Assembly (NCBI GenBank): GCA_013265495.1
Contig: MU058252.1
Location: 778,244 to 842,243, forward strand
DNA length: 64,000 nucleotides
From: Vicugna vicugna
Taxonomy: Eukaryota
Direction: 5' to 3'
The notes under the pieces were generated by a model. The model saw nothing but the letters and a program-made list of their open reading frames with translations, did not search any database and was not told the DNA's origin. A program made the position numbers and the translations under genes. Below, piece by piece: positions 35,885 to 48,171 of the stretch. How positions within the stretch are numbered: the first letter of the stretch is position 1; the number at the start of each line of letters is the position of its first letter.

Positions 35885-36485
35885 GTGCGGTCCAGGAGCC
35901 AGTCACTAGCCACGAGGGGCTATTTATACTTAAAATGAAGTAAAACCAAACTTCAGTTCCTCATCGCTGCTGTGGGCTGAACTGTGTCCCCCAAAAGGAT
36001 ATACTGAAGTTCTAACCCCACCAAAACCTGTGAATGTGACCTTATGTGGAAACAGGGTCTTTATACTCAAGTTAAAGTGAGGTCACTAGGGTGATGTCCT
36101 TATAAGAGGGAAATCTGACACACAGGGGAGGACGCCCCGTGAGGACGCAGGCAGAGGTGGGAGTGATGCAGTCTCACGCCAAGGAAACCAACAACTGCCC
36201 GAAGCTGGGAGCCAGGCCTGGAACAGATTCTCCCGCAGAGCCTACAACAGCGGCCCACCTTCTGACACCTTGATTTTAGAATTCCGGCCTCCAGAACGGT
36301 GAGAGACAAATTTCTGTGCCTTGAAGCCACCGAGTTTGTGGTGCTTTGTCATGGCAACCCCAGGAACAGTGGCACTGTCCCTGTTTCTGGTGCTCAGTCG
36401 CCATGTGTGGCGAGTGGCTGCCATCTTGGATAGTACAGACACAGAACACCTCCATCTTTGCACAAAGTTCTGTCGGACGGTGCCG
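35885..36485 (-). mobile_element. MER3-like hAT-Charlie element, split by an LTR
   Basis: cactagccacgaggggctattt...ttcagttcctca, resuming at about 36370 with gtgctcagtcgccatgtgtggcgagtggctgccatcttgga...aaagttctgtcggac. Confidence 0.75.
35968..36369 (+). mobile_element. MaLR solo LTR (MLT1B/C-like), nested in MER3
   Basis: tgctgtgggctgaactgtgtccccc...tgtgaatgtgacctta...ggcctccagaacggtgagagacaaatttctg...tttgtcatggcaacccc. Confidence 0.85.
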
Positions 36486-37754
36486 TTCTACAGCATGACT
36501 TGGTAAGAAAGAAGCCAAGACTGACAGTTCGATTATTCAGAAAAAGTCCACTTTTGCTGGGTCAGCCCAATCTTCCAAATTCTCCATGTCCCCAGTCCCG
36601 GTCCTCCAAAAGGGAGAGAAGCTGCCATTGTCAAAGGGAACGCAGAAGGCACTCACTGGCTCTCCTCTCTGATGTGAGAAAGTAGACCTTGCCTCTTAGG
36701 CCAGAGTCCTTATGCATGCTGACAGCCGGCAGGCCGGGGTGCAGGTCCGCCCGGAACCCGAGAACCACCCCCACAGAGCGAGCCCGTTCCCGTAGCCTTG
36801 CCAGCCCTGCTTCCATCTGCTAGCAAGCCTGTCAAGGGCACATCATATCCACTCTGTGCATAGACAAGGGTAACTCTGAAGCTTAACCTAATAACTTATT
36901 CCTTAGGATGGAGGCGTTCATAGTCCCAAGAACTCCAAGTTAAAATATCCAAAGTATTGGATTATAAGACTTGTAGCATGAATTAATGATCCTGGGAAGG
37001 CCTGGGGAAAATGGCCCCTATGGACAGTGAAGTTGATTGGGAGAGTGGGGTGACGGTAAGGAGGAGAGGACCAGAGACCAGAGGTGTCCCAGGAAGGGCC
37101 CAAGTTCAGGACTGCAGGTGAGTCCCCATGGCCAGAAGCTGGTGGTTCCAGCTACAGAAACAGAACACAGTAAAGCCGATGCCCGGCTGCCAATGGCACA
37201 ATTTTGCTTCCAAACATTCTTACACATCCTCGTCACCACTCACCTCTCCCAGGACCTGTTTCCTCTCTTTCGCCAAGCTCTCTAGTGCATTGCACACCAG
37301 CTCACCCAAAGAGAAAGGGAACACCAGGCAGAAAGACCCCCGCCCTCCCTTCCAGCCTCTCACATTGTCTGTTGCTGAAAAAGCTCATCCTTCTTTGATG
37401 CCACCCTGAGTTCTTTGACGTACTCCAAGTGGGTGCTGGAGGCACAGAAACGAAAGGGAGAAGGAGGCTCTTCTCACCGCAATGAATAACCCTTTGCAAA
37501 GGCAGCACAGGTACCCTAAGCAAGAAACTGCAGAACTGCCCTGCCTGCTCTTCCAAAGTGTTTCCACCTTATATTACCGACGGGCAACTAAGTCAGTGTT
37601 TCCACCCGCTGGCACATCCTGCCTGGACAGCAGCAGTTCTGCTCTCAGCTCTGTCCCGAGGTCTTGACCGCTCCCTGCACCCCTGCCCCCCGTCTGTGTT
37701 ATGGATGAAATGAACTTGAAAGCTTTCCTCCTCCCACATCTTCCTGCTGTTTGT

Positions 37755-38245
37755 ATTTTTTTTAATGCTTTATTGGAGCACAATCCAGAAAAATGTGCAA
37801 ATCTTGAGTGTACGACTGGACAAATTTGCACAAAGTGAGCCCATCCTCGTAAGCAGCTGTCAGATAAGGAATAGAATGTTACCACCTCCCAGGAGCCCCT
37901 CGGAGGCACCACCTTGAAGATAATCACCATCGTAATTCTAACATCATAGACGAGTCTTGCCTGTTTTGTGTTTTACATTCTCTTACATCAGGCTTCTCTT
38001 GCTCGTACTATTTCTGACTTTCAGCCATACCTGCTGCACGTGGCAGCAGACGGTTTATTCACGTTGCAGGCAAACGTTCCATCGTGCGAACTTCCTGCAG
38101 CGCCTGTATCATTTCTACTGCTACCGGCCCCTGGCGGGGCTCTACGCCGGGGCTCTGACCAACGATGCCATCTGAACATTCCTACACGTGTTCGCCAAAG
38201 GCGTGTACACGTTCTCTGGGGGTGCTGCTTGCCTTTCTTTGACGT
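37755..38245 (-). mobile_element. Old L1 (L1MD/ME-type) 3' end
   Basis: tttattggagcacaat...aaaatgtgcaaatcttgagtgtac...cagataaggaatagaatgttacca...ttctaacatcataga...ttgcctgtttt. Confidence 0.75.
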
Positions 38246-40659
38246 CTTCATTCAGCTCGATAATGTCACAGGAGAGGAGAGGAGGGGAGGAGGCTAACGC
38301 TGGAGCATTTGGGGCGCGTGCCATGTGCTAGCCTACACACCTCATCTGTGGAGGCCCCGCACCACCTGTGACAGAGGTGCTTACCTCTCTGTACCCAGGG
38401 ACGCCAAGGCTTGGGGGTGTGGGGGCAGGGGAGCTTACTGGTGAGGAACGCACAGTAGGAGTAAGGCTGGGAAGTGGCGGACCAGGTCTTGAACCCACGT
38501 GACCAACCCCAAAACCTATGATTAAGCGGACAGAGCTTGTCCCAAAAAGCTGGAGCTCGACAGTCCTACGCCTGGCAGCCTTGGCCACAGGAAACAAAGC
38601 ACCCTGAGCTGAATGAGGGTTTTTAAATTTAATTTAACTTTTTTTGAGTATCATATAGTATAAACTGTAAGCTTTACCACTGGATTGACCAGCCAAATGC
38701 CAAATGCATATTTGACAGTGAGCTGTTTAATGAGAATTTCTCAAGGTTCTGATAAAATGTAAAAGCAATGGGGCCATGCTTTCAGCTGCCCTGAACAGAG
38801 GTCGCTGGAGTCCGAAATTCGTGATGAAATGGCCTGTTATCAGGCTGCTGGGATCGGAGTCCACAGAGGATGTCATCAGGTTTCCTTTTCATTCCTGCTG
38901 ATAAGAGAAGGGCCCGCCTCCTTCTGGACAACACCAAGAAAACCGTGGACGGCTGCGTTTGTTCCCTTTCTTTAATCTGGTCATAACACACACACACACG
39001 TGTCCAAGAGTCGGACGTTAATCCTGCTGGTAAAGTTGGTTGTCGAGCACTAAACCCCAAACAGGATTAGTCCAGCAGGCCGCACTGTCTGTCAACACTG
39101 TCCCCACTGTCCCCACTGTCCGTCACCCAGTCCTGGCCTTGGGGACCACTGGGTGCGGTTCCTGCCACAGCCGAGCCGTTTGTGAGAGACTCTCTTCAGG
39201 GACACAGGCGGTGGAGGGGCTGAGTCAGCTCGCGCGGGTACATAACAAGATGTTATGAACTGAATGCAGGAAAGCATCGTTTTGCGGCTTTGCACTGGGC
39301 TGTCAGCAGGTGAGGCAGGGTCTCTCCGCCCGGGAGGGACTGGGGGAAGCCGTCCAATGTTCCCGCACTCAGCCCATCTGGGAGCCTGACTTAGGAGGCA
39401 CGTGTCCCTGCCGGGCCGGCTCCTGACTTCTCTCTTACGTAAGGGGACATGGGATGTGGTTGTGCCCAGCCAGTGGAGCAGCTGTGGGCGGCAGTGAGGG
39501 AAACCGGGACTCCTCAGAGGGAAGGGATGTGACAGTCCGTACAGTTTTCACAAGGGCCCCAAAAGGGAACAGTCCTCTTGGTCCAAAACATCAGCTCCTT
39601 AAGGTCCTCCTGGAGCTTCTAAGGACTGGAGTGAATGTCAGACTCTGTCTGAGGGCCCAGGCTCTGGGGACCCCCTAAGCTAAAGCAAGAGCCATAGGTC
39701 TGCCTGTGCGGCATAGGTGTAAAGTCAGTAACCGGCCCACAGGGGTCTCAGGCACAGGGCTGGCCTCCAGGCGGTGCTTCCTGGCCACTTCCACCTCAAC
39801 TATTGCCTTTTTGCTGGACAGTCCCACACACCAGCTTTAGGACTCCCCCCCACCGAACTCCCAAGGTCAGTGTCATTGAGGTGGGACTCCAAGTGGGTCT
39901 CCTGAGTCCTGCTGACCAGGGCAATAATGAAACGACAACATCCGTGGATCTGTAGGACGTAAGGCAGGTCAGAGACAGACAGCATCCTTCCCTGGAGCGA
40001 AAGGTGAGACCCCGTGCAGCAGGTCCACGTCACAGGGAAAACCAGCCCAGCTGGGTTTGGGTGGGGCAGGGCCAAGCCTGGTCAAGGGCCCCACTTCTCC
40101 AAGCCAAGTAAAGCCCTCCCCAGTGCTGACCCTTCTTTGACCACCTCCAGGGACACAACCAACAGAGGAAACTACAAACCACTGAAAACGACCTATGCCA
40201 CCAGTAGGGGACCAGGGACACGTGTGACCTAGCAACCTCCCCAGCGGTCACACCCTGGGCCCCTTTTCCATTCCACAGCCACAGCCTCGACAGACGGCAG
40301 GTTATGAGGCTGCAGTGCGGCCGGCATGACCGGAGTCCTTGGGCCTGTGCAGCATGTCCGCTTTTGTCACAGAGGGCCACCTGGCCTGTTCCAGCTGGTG
40401 TCCCAGCCACGGTGTATGAGAAGCAAAAGCCAGAGGGACGCTGTGGACGCTGGCGGGAGGCTGCCTGCAGAAACCCCGGCCGGCAGTGGACTCAACCTCA
40501 CCACTCGGCAGTGCTGCCCCAGCGTGAAAAGAAGGCTCGTGACAGTGAGCAGGGGGTTTTGTGGCCAGGGAGGTAGCGGATGCACCGGGCATGTTCTAGA
40601 AAGATGCCATTAGAATGGTGCACTTGAAGGGTAAGTTTCAGAAGGGGCCCTCACAGTAA

Positions 40660-40890
40660 GTGGTTGTTCTGTACCAGGCAGGGTTTAGGGAGATTTACAA
40701 ACAGCAGCTAATTTAATCTCGTTGCACCCCTTGGGGAGGCTTTGTGGCCCCTGACAGGCGGGGAAACTGAGGCTCCAGGAGATCATGTGATGAGGAGATT
40801 CCTGAGGCCACACAGCTGGTGGGAGTCAGAGCTGGGGTCGCCCCATGCAGTCTGGCTCCAGCGTCCAGACTCCGAGCCACTGGCCTCTCC
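40660..40890 (-). mobile_element. MIR SINE
   Basis: tttaatctc...acaggcggggaaactgaggctccagg...ggccacacagctggtgggagtcagagctgggg...gcagtctggctcca. Confidence 0.75.
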
Positions 40891-43679
40891 CGCCTCTTGG
40901 CCCCAGAGCACCGAAGGAGAAATCACACCTTCCGTGCAGGAGGTAATGACTAGTTAGAAGTGAGGGTGCTGGGAAAGCCGCTCATAGCTCTGGACTGGGA
41001 AGTCGGGCTCCTGGCCTGCCCTGCCTTTAACCAGTGAGATTCTCAAAGTGTCCCCTTCACTAGGCTCCTCAGGCCACGAAACAGGTTCTGAAAGGGTCAG
41101 AGCATCTCCCCCTGAGGGACAGTGATGCACGGAGAGGTGAATCCTTGGAAGACACCAAGCTCTCCAACTGAGGGGAGAGAGGAGGCCAGAGTGTGTGCAA
41201 CAGGCAGAGATCTGCTTTGCTGAGACGCACCCTGGAGAGCAAACTAAGGTTTCACAATGTCACTGGCTGAAGTCTTCCCGACTTGGTTCCAAAGAATGCG
41301 TTTACAAGAAAGATGCAAACCTGTTTGGCCGCCTCCAGGCCGAGCGCTGGCTGTGGCAGGGACAGCAGCTCAGGCCAGCGCTCAGCCAGGCTGCCTCCAG
41401 AGTGGGCTCTGGCAGAGGCTTCTATTTCTCAGACCTGACCCTGAGGCCGTTCCTCCCGGGGTGGGTGGGGGGAGCCTGGTCCAGGAGTGGGAGGAACAGA
41501 GCCCTTGGAGACACACCCCAGGGGTGTCTACCTGGACAGAGGACACCTGGAGGAGGGCCTTCCCCGCTGCAGCCGCCCCGGAGCTCCAGCCTTACCCAGC
41601 CCTGCAATTGCTCCGTCTCACAAGGAAAACCTCAGGGAGGGACCGAGAGCTGTTCACTCACCCAGAACGTTCAGCGCCTGGTCCGAGGCCGTGCTCACGC
41701 ACCTGGGTGACAGCTGGGTCATGTCATTAACACCCAGTCCCCTCTCTCAGACCCTCCCCAGACGGGAGGGGCTTTGTCCGGGGAGTAACGGCAACATCTC
41801 CTGGTTTGGCAGATTGGCTGGAGACCCCGATGGGGCCGTCCTCGGTGGTCATCCGTAGGGAGCTGCGGGGCAGTGTAGTGGGGGTGCTGCTGCTACATTT
41901 CCAGGGTCCCCTGTTCTAACCAGCAGCCGAGAAGCCTCTGCTTCTTCACGGAACCACTGAGTGACATTCCGAGAAACTCGCTCACGCCCCCGAGCCTGCC
42001 TGCGGGGATGGGGTTGCTCCCTCTGGGGGAGAGCAACGGAGACGCCAAGGCCAATGCTCTCTTCTCTGTGGAGTTGCTGAGAGGCCATGTGAACAAACAC
42101 AGCCCTCCTGCGCTCCCCAGCCTCGTGCCCTGTGAGCCGGTGGGGCAGGAATGGGCCCCAAACAGGTTCCCGCTCCCCCACAGTAGCAAACACAGGGCCC
42201 ACAAAGGACCAGAAAGCAGGTTAGACAAAGCCAGCCAGCAAGCTGGGCCCAGGGCCACAGAGGGCTCCAAACGGGATGGCCAGGGGCCACGGCGAAGTCC
42301 AGGCTCAGGGCAGCACTGGTCCAGGGGCACAGGAGCCCCAACAACCAACAGGGTTATTATTAAGCCATAAAACTCTCACCAAACCCCAAAAGGGTAGGGT
42401 AAGGGCGTGGCGGGACCCTGTACCGTGCCTCGACCTCGAGGCACTGCAGACGCGCCCTCGGACGTGACTCTAGTCAGCACCTGTCACAGGGTGTGGCGCC
42501 GCCTCCGTTGTGAAGTTGGGAAACCGCAGCAGGAAGCGATGGAGTTCCTGACTCCAGGTCACTGGCTGAGCTGGACCTGAGCCCTGGGCGACCTGGCTCC
42601 ACAACTCAAGTGGTTTTTCTGCTCACACTCTCCGCATAGCTGGCTACCATTCAGACTTGTGATGGGAAAGCATGACGGATATTCTCACTCTTAATTTTTT
42701 AAAAACTAGGTTCAGAGAGGCCTAACTCATGAATTCAGAATTCTAGTAACTGGTGGCATCTAGGTTAACCCCCAGCAAAACCTGTTCAGCGAGGCGTTCC
42801 ATTCCCTCTGGCCTCCTGTGCCAACCTAAGCCTGCCTGCCCTCGAGGAGAGTTGAGGAAATGGAAAATGAAGAACGTATCTGCTAAGAGGCATGAACATT
42901 TTAATTCTACAACCATCCCTTTTTAGCAGAGCAGTGCGTTTGCAATGACAGGTTTTAAGGTGCTGAGTCAGCCAGGTAAAGCTCCCGGGGCCCCAGACAT
43001 CACATGTCTACCTCAGCGCGGAGTTAGCGCTGACTGATGCCCCGGCAGTGAGAAGACACTTCTCACAAGGAATACATTTCCCTCTTTTTCACCAATATCA
43101 TCCAGGAAGTGCTGCCAACAAGCAGAAGAGAGGTGAAATGTCTGCATATCCTGGCAAATTCTACAGGGAAACTGAGAATGCAAAAGTAACTGGCGAAGGA
43201 CAGGGCAGCGACGGCTCGAAACGACACCTATGGAAAGTCCTCAGTGATGGCGGCAACTCACGTTCCCGAGAGCCGGACGTGGGACGCGGCCGCCCAGGGC
43301 TGCGCGCTGCCTGGGCGGCACCGACTAAACCCGGCGCCCCACGGGAGAGCTGCCACAGCACTTCACAGCTCCTTCCCAGCCCCTCCGGCGAGTGATGCTC
43401 GGCTCTGGGCCCTGGGGACTGGGACACGTGACACCGAGCACGTGGGGGACTTGACAGCTGCTCCCCATCTCAGAAGGGCTTTCAGGAGGAAAAGCATTTA
43501 CCTTGGAGCCCTGAAGAGCAGTCAAGAGTCTCGAAGGATGAACCCAAGCCAGAGAGTAGAAATTAGAATGACATTTTGACATCAATTTCCCGGCTAGTAA
43601 TTATTGAACACTTTAGTATATGTGCACTAGAAAATATTTGCATTAATATTCAATGGGTTAATATATTTCAACACTTAAA

Positions 43680-43775
43680 GATTATTCATTTAATCCCCCA
43701 AACTGATGAGGTAGATATTATTATCTCCATTTTATAGATGATAAAACTGAGGCACTGGAAGGCTAAGTAAGCTGC
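43680..43775 (-). mobile_element. MIR SINE
   Basis: gaggtagatattattatctccattttatagatgataaaactgaggcac...ggctaagtaa. Confidence 0.8.
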
Positions 43776-45344
43776 AGATATTTATTTAATCCATCTTTGC
43801 TGAATGAGTAAGTGGACAAGTAACCCATCACTACAAATGTTTAAACAGGAACCCAAGACTACTTGTTAGGGTGACTGAGAGGAGATTAAAACATCCGATG
43901 CAATTTTCATGAGAGCCGCTGGCCTGTCTGTGGACTGTATTCTACATTCTAGAAATCCTCACATCCGAGGACTCCTCCTTGCCTCAGCCCCACAGTGACC
44001 CAGTGAACGTGGGACACAGACCAAGTGTTGGTGGAGTATGTGCCACCAGTTGGGTTTGGCACCCTCACCCCGAAGCCCCACTTTCCCGGAGGGGACCCAG
44101 GGTGGCCGCAGCCTTGAGACTTCCAGTGCTGCCTCCTGGAGTGATGCCCACCCCCACCCAGGGGCCGGGCTGCCTCTCAGGTGACAGGCAGCTGGGTAGA
44201 TCCAGTGTCAGGGTGTGACTGGTCACCTGGGACCTGGCCCTCCTCTGCAGCCTGCCTGTCACATGGTGTAACAGGACCTGGCAGCCCGGCAGGGACTCAT
44301 GTGCCCCCTGGCTCTGCCCTGAATGAACAAGAAGGGACGCTTGTGCCTGAGCCTGGACCTTCTGTGTGGTTGCCTCCAGGGAGCGAATGAGGTGCCCACG
44401 ATGGGATCTCTCTCCTCATTCCTGCAAATGGCTTGTTCTGTCTGCTGGGAGAAAGTCCCCGTTCCCCCTGATGAACCATCCCGAGGGCTGGGGTGGGAGG
44501 TGCCAGCTGGCCTGACTGAGGAGATGGCTCCTAGGGCTGCCGGCTGCAGGAGGGGAGCTTGGGGGAAATGAGGCTCCTGTCACCAAAAAAGGGAGTTGAT
44601 GGTGGGTAACAAACACTAGCGTCAGCCACGTTCTCACTGGGAGCCCAGCTGCCAAAGGGAGATGCGCTCGCCTTCTCCCACCTCAGTCTTTACCTTCCGT
44701 GGAGATTTACACACAGCTTGACAACGATTCAGAAGAGGAAGACACTCTATTTATGCAAATTCACTCCACTTGCATTTACATTTTTCAGTACTCATTTGAG
44801 TATAGGGTATTTTCAGCAGACTCCCAGCATCCAAAGCAGATTGCATTTATGGGGCACTCCTGTGTTCATGCCACGGAGGAGTGGGGGGCAAACTGCTTTG
44901 GGTGTTCCCCCTACAAATAACCCTTCACCCCGGTGGATGGACCTTCGTTTGGAGATGAAGAGTTTCCCATTGCTCCTGTCTGTGGCTGGATAATTAAATC
45001 AAGGCAGGAGATCAGAATATGTTGAACACAGAGAAGGAAGACTCAAGGGCAAAAATCCCAGAAGGGTTGGGGAGGGGTGGTCAGTGAAGAGAGAATTCTG
45101 AGCCTGGCATCTCAGAAACCAGATAGGCTAGTTTACAAATCTGAATGCCTTAAACTGTCTTTGGGGAGAGGAGGGAACTGCAGACTTCGTTGTCCTTTGT
45201 TCTAGCCCTCCATCACCAGGGCAGACTCAATCCTTTAATTCTGGTCTTGTAGGCACACCCCTGGCTTGGGGGCCGGGCTGTGAATCAGCAGTTTTTTAAA
45301 GGACACAGTGCCAGATCTCTTGCATGTATGTAATGCAGTATCGT

Positions 45345-45524
45345 TTTTTCTTTTTTTTCTCTTTTCTTTCTTTTTTTTTTTTTTAACTTTTGTATCGTTT
45401 TGTTTTTGGGGGGAGGGGTAATTAGGTTTGTTTGTTTGTTTGCTTAATGGAGGTACTGGAGATTGAACCCAGGACCTCCTGCATACTAGGCAGACACTCT
45501 ACCACAGAGCTATACCCTCCCCCC
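45345..45524 (-). mobile_element. Camelid tRNA-derived SINE (Vic-1-like)
   Basis: ggggtaattaggtttg...ggaggtactggagattgaacccaggacctcctgcatactagg...ctctaccacagagctataccctcccc, with a T-rich tail. Confidence 0.9.
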
Positions 45525-45819
45525 TTTTCTTACTTTTTAAGTGGGAAAAATTTAAACAGACACGTACAAGTAGAACAGAATCACGACCTTCCGTTTTCCC
45601 ATCACCCAGCATCAAAACCTGTCACCTTGAGAAGTGATATGTAAGTGCTGTCACTCTAATGCCTGCATTGGGATCACTTGGAAGTCAAACGTGCAAACTC
45701 CTGGACCCCACCCCAGACCAAATACAGCACAGCGTAGCAAGTAAAGTCCAAGAACCTGTCCTTTTCCCATACAACCACCAAAGGAGTCTCGACGACAGAG
45801 AAGGGTTTACCGGTGTGGG

Positions 45820-46010
45820 TAGAGAAGCCTGGCCTCGGGTCCCTGTGTCGCCACTAACTACTTGGGTCTCTTGAACAAGTTTCTTACGCTTCCTCAGCTC
45901 ACGTGTCCAGAGAGCTATTCTAGTGGTGTCGTAAGGAATAAACAAGATAGTGTATGAAAAGTGCCTGACACACAGTAAATGCTCATTAAACGCCCAGTGC
46001 TGTTATTAAC
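45820..46010 (+). mobile_element. MIR SINE
   Basis: ccactaactacttgggtctcttgaacaagtttctta...cctcag...aaagtgcctgacacacagtaaatgctcattaaa. Confidence 0.7.
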
Positions 46011-47808
46011 ATTCTTCACTTATGTTTAGCTTCCAAGCACTAAGGAAAATGGACACCGAGATGGAGATTTTGCAAGGGCTTCCAGAGGGGAGCCTGCATC
46101 CAAATCCATGAGCCCTGCCATCTCTTGACACTAAAGTAGCGCCATATGCATTTCTGTTTAGGGTCATTAGCCAACAGAGAAGAAAATGTATTGTGTATTA
46201 CAAACCAGGCTGATATTAAGCCCCAGGGGTCAGATGTGGCACTAAACTCAAGCTTCCCTTGTCCTTTAGTAAGAAAACTCAGAGATCAAAGGAGGTTATG
46301 TGTGGAAGCTGTTAGATATTGAGTACGTTTGCCAAGGGATGGATAGAGACCTTTATCTGGTAAGAATGCCATGTCTTTCCATACCCCTTTGTGACCCAGG
46401 ATGTTTATTAAAGAAGCAGGGGGCTCGGCAGAGCAAGCCCACCTTGTCTGGGTGGAAATTAAACCCACCAGGCCTGGTATCATCATCTCAGGGCTCAAAC
46501 CACTAGAGCCCACCAGAGACAACCTTGTCACAGTGCTCATCATGCCTGGAGTGCAGCCCAGCCTTGCTCATAACAGGTGCATAATAATCACTTACAAAGG
46601 CAGACGGGGCATATGTCCCATTAGGTAGATGTGGAAACTGTGGCTTAGATATAACCGAACCTTTAATGTGGCTTCACAGAAATTCATTTTGCAAAGCATA
46701 CAGATTAATAAAATTCTATCAGTTAGGGGTCTGAATTCCTCAAGGAAAACAGCTTCTAAAACCCAGAGCACTTCAGAAAACACGTAGATCTGAGGCAAGC
46801 AACTGATTCCAAGATGGGAGCTTCTACAGGGCAGGTGAGGTCACACACTGACCTGGGGGAGGGACAGCTGTCACACCTTTAGCTTCTATAACCTTTTAGG
46901 GAAGCGAGTGTTGGCAGGAAGCAAGAACAGCAAAGACCAGAAGAATCTGAGGAAACAAAAGAAGGAACGAGGTTGCCCTTATAAAGTTAAGTTTTGAGAA
47001 ACACATAAAAAGACCTAATTAGCCATTGATGAGAGTTACCCAGGAGACTGTGATGATACGGCTTAAGAATTTGGGAGGACCCATAACTCCCTTCCAAGTG
47101 ACCTGGGTCACCTGCAGGGAGACAGAAATAATATTTTACCGTAATTTAGTAAGAAGAAACTTTTTGGAGAAACTCCAGGAGAACAGAAGGGTGGAAAATG
47201 GTCATCCAAGGGCCCAGAGCAGGACGCTCCAAACGCCCTCCCACCCACAGCCAATAGGAAGGGTGGCCGGGCTCTGGACCCTTTCCAGGTCATACTCGCA
47301 ATCACTCAGCAGCTGCTGGAGTGGCTCCTGCGTGGCCCAGCACTGGTGTACATACACTGGTCCACGTGTGCGCCCAGGATCTGTGCCACGGAGATGAGGA
47401 GACCTTAGCTCTGCACAGTTTCTATGAACTGAGAAATAGATCTGTTCTTGGTGTGCTGAGAACAGTGGGCTTTTTGAGCTAACAAAGCTCACTGCCCCTC
47501 CCGAGACGTGGTGACCCACCGAGGAAGTATTACCACGTGGGAGATGTCTCTTGGCAGTTGGTTTCAACCTTGCTGGGGACCTCCCTCAATTCCACTGTCC
47601 CCATGTTGGGAGGGCATTTGTCAGCTCTTCTGCCCATCTTCCCAGCACCTATTACATCTTCCCTATGGGTGGTCCCTAGACTGGGAGAAGGGGACTCCAC
47701 GGGGGACCCCCTCAGGACTCACTTCCCAGCCCCGCTGTGGGCCAGACTCAGCACGGCTGCACAGAAGCAGGTGCAACGCAGGATGCCTGGTTCCCAGAGA
47801 TGAGAGGC

Positions 47809-48171
47809 TGTCTCAGCCGCTTGGGTTGCCGCAACATAACACCCCAGACTGCAAGGATTAAACAACAGAAATTTGTTTTCCCACAGTTCTTGAGGCTGGA
47901 AAGTCCAAGATCAAGGTACCAACATGATCAAGTTCTGGTGAGATCTCTCTTCCTGGCTCACAGGTGGCGGCCTTCTCTCTAAGAGAGAGAGGGTAGGGGG
48001 AGAAATCTCTCTCTCTCTTCCTCTTTATAAGGCCACCAATCCTATCGGATTAGGTTCCCACGCTATGACCTCATTTAACCTTAATTATCTCCTGAAAGCC
48101 TTACTCTCCAAATACAATTACATTAAGCGTCAGGGCACATAGGAATCTGGGACACAATTCAGTTCACAGCA
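47809..48171 (-). mobile_element. MaLR solo LTR (MLT1A-like)
   Basis: aaacaacagaaatttgttttcccacagttcttgaggctggaaagtccaagatcaagg...tatgacctcatttaaccttaatta...gggacacaattcag. Confidence 0.85.

Noticed and set aside
47970..48020. (AG)n...(CT)n inverted arrangement
   Set aside because: Lies in the normally GA/CT-rich part of an MLT1A LTR; low-complexity.
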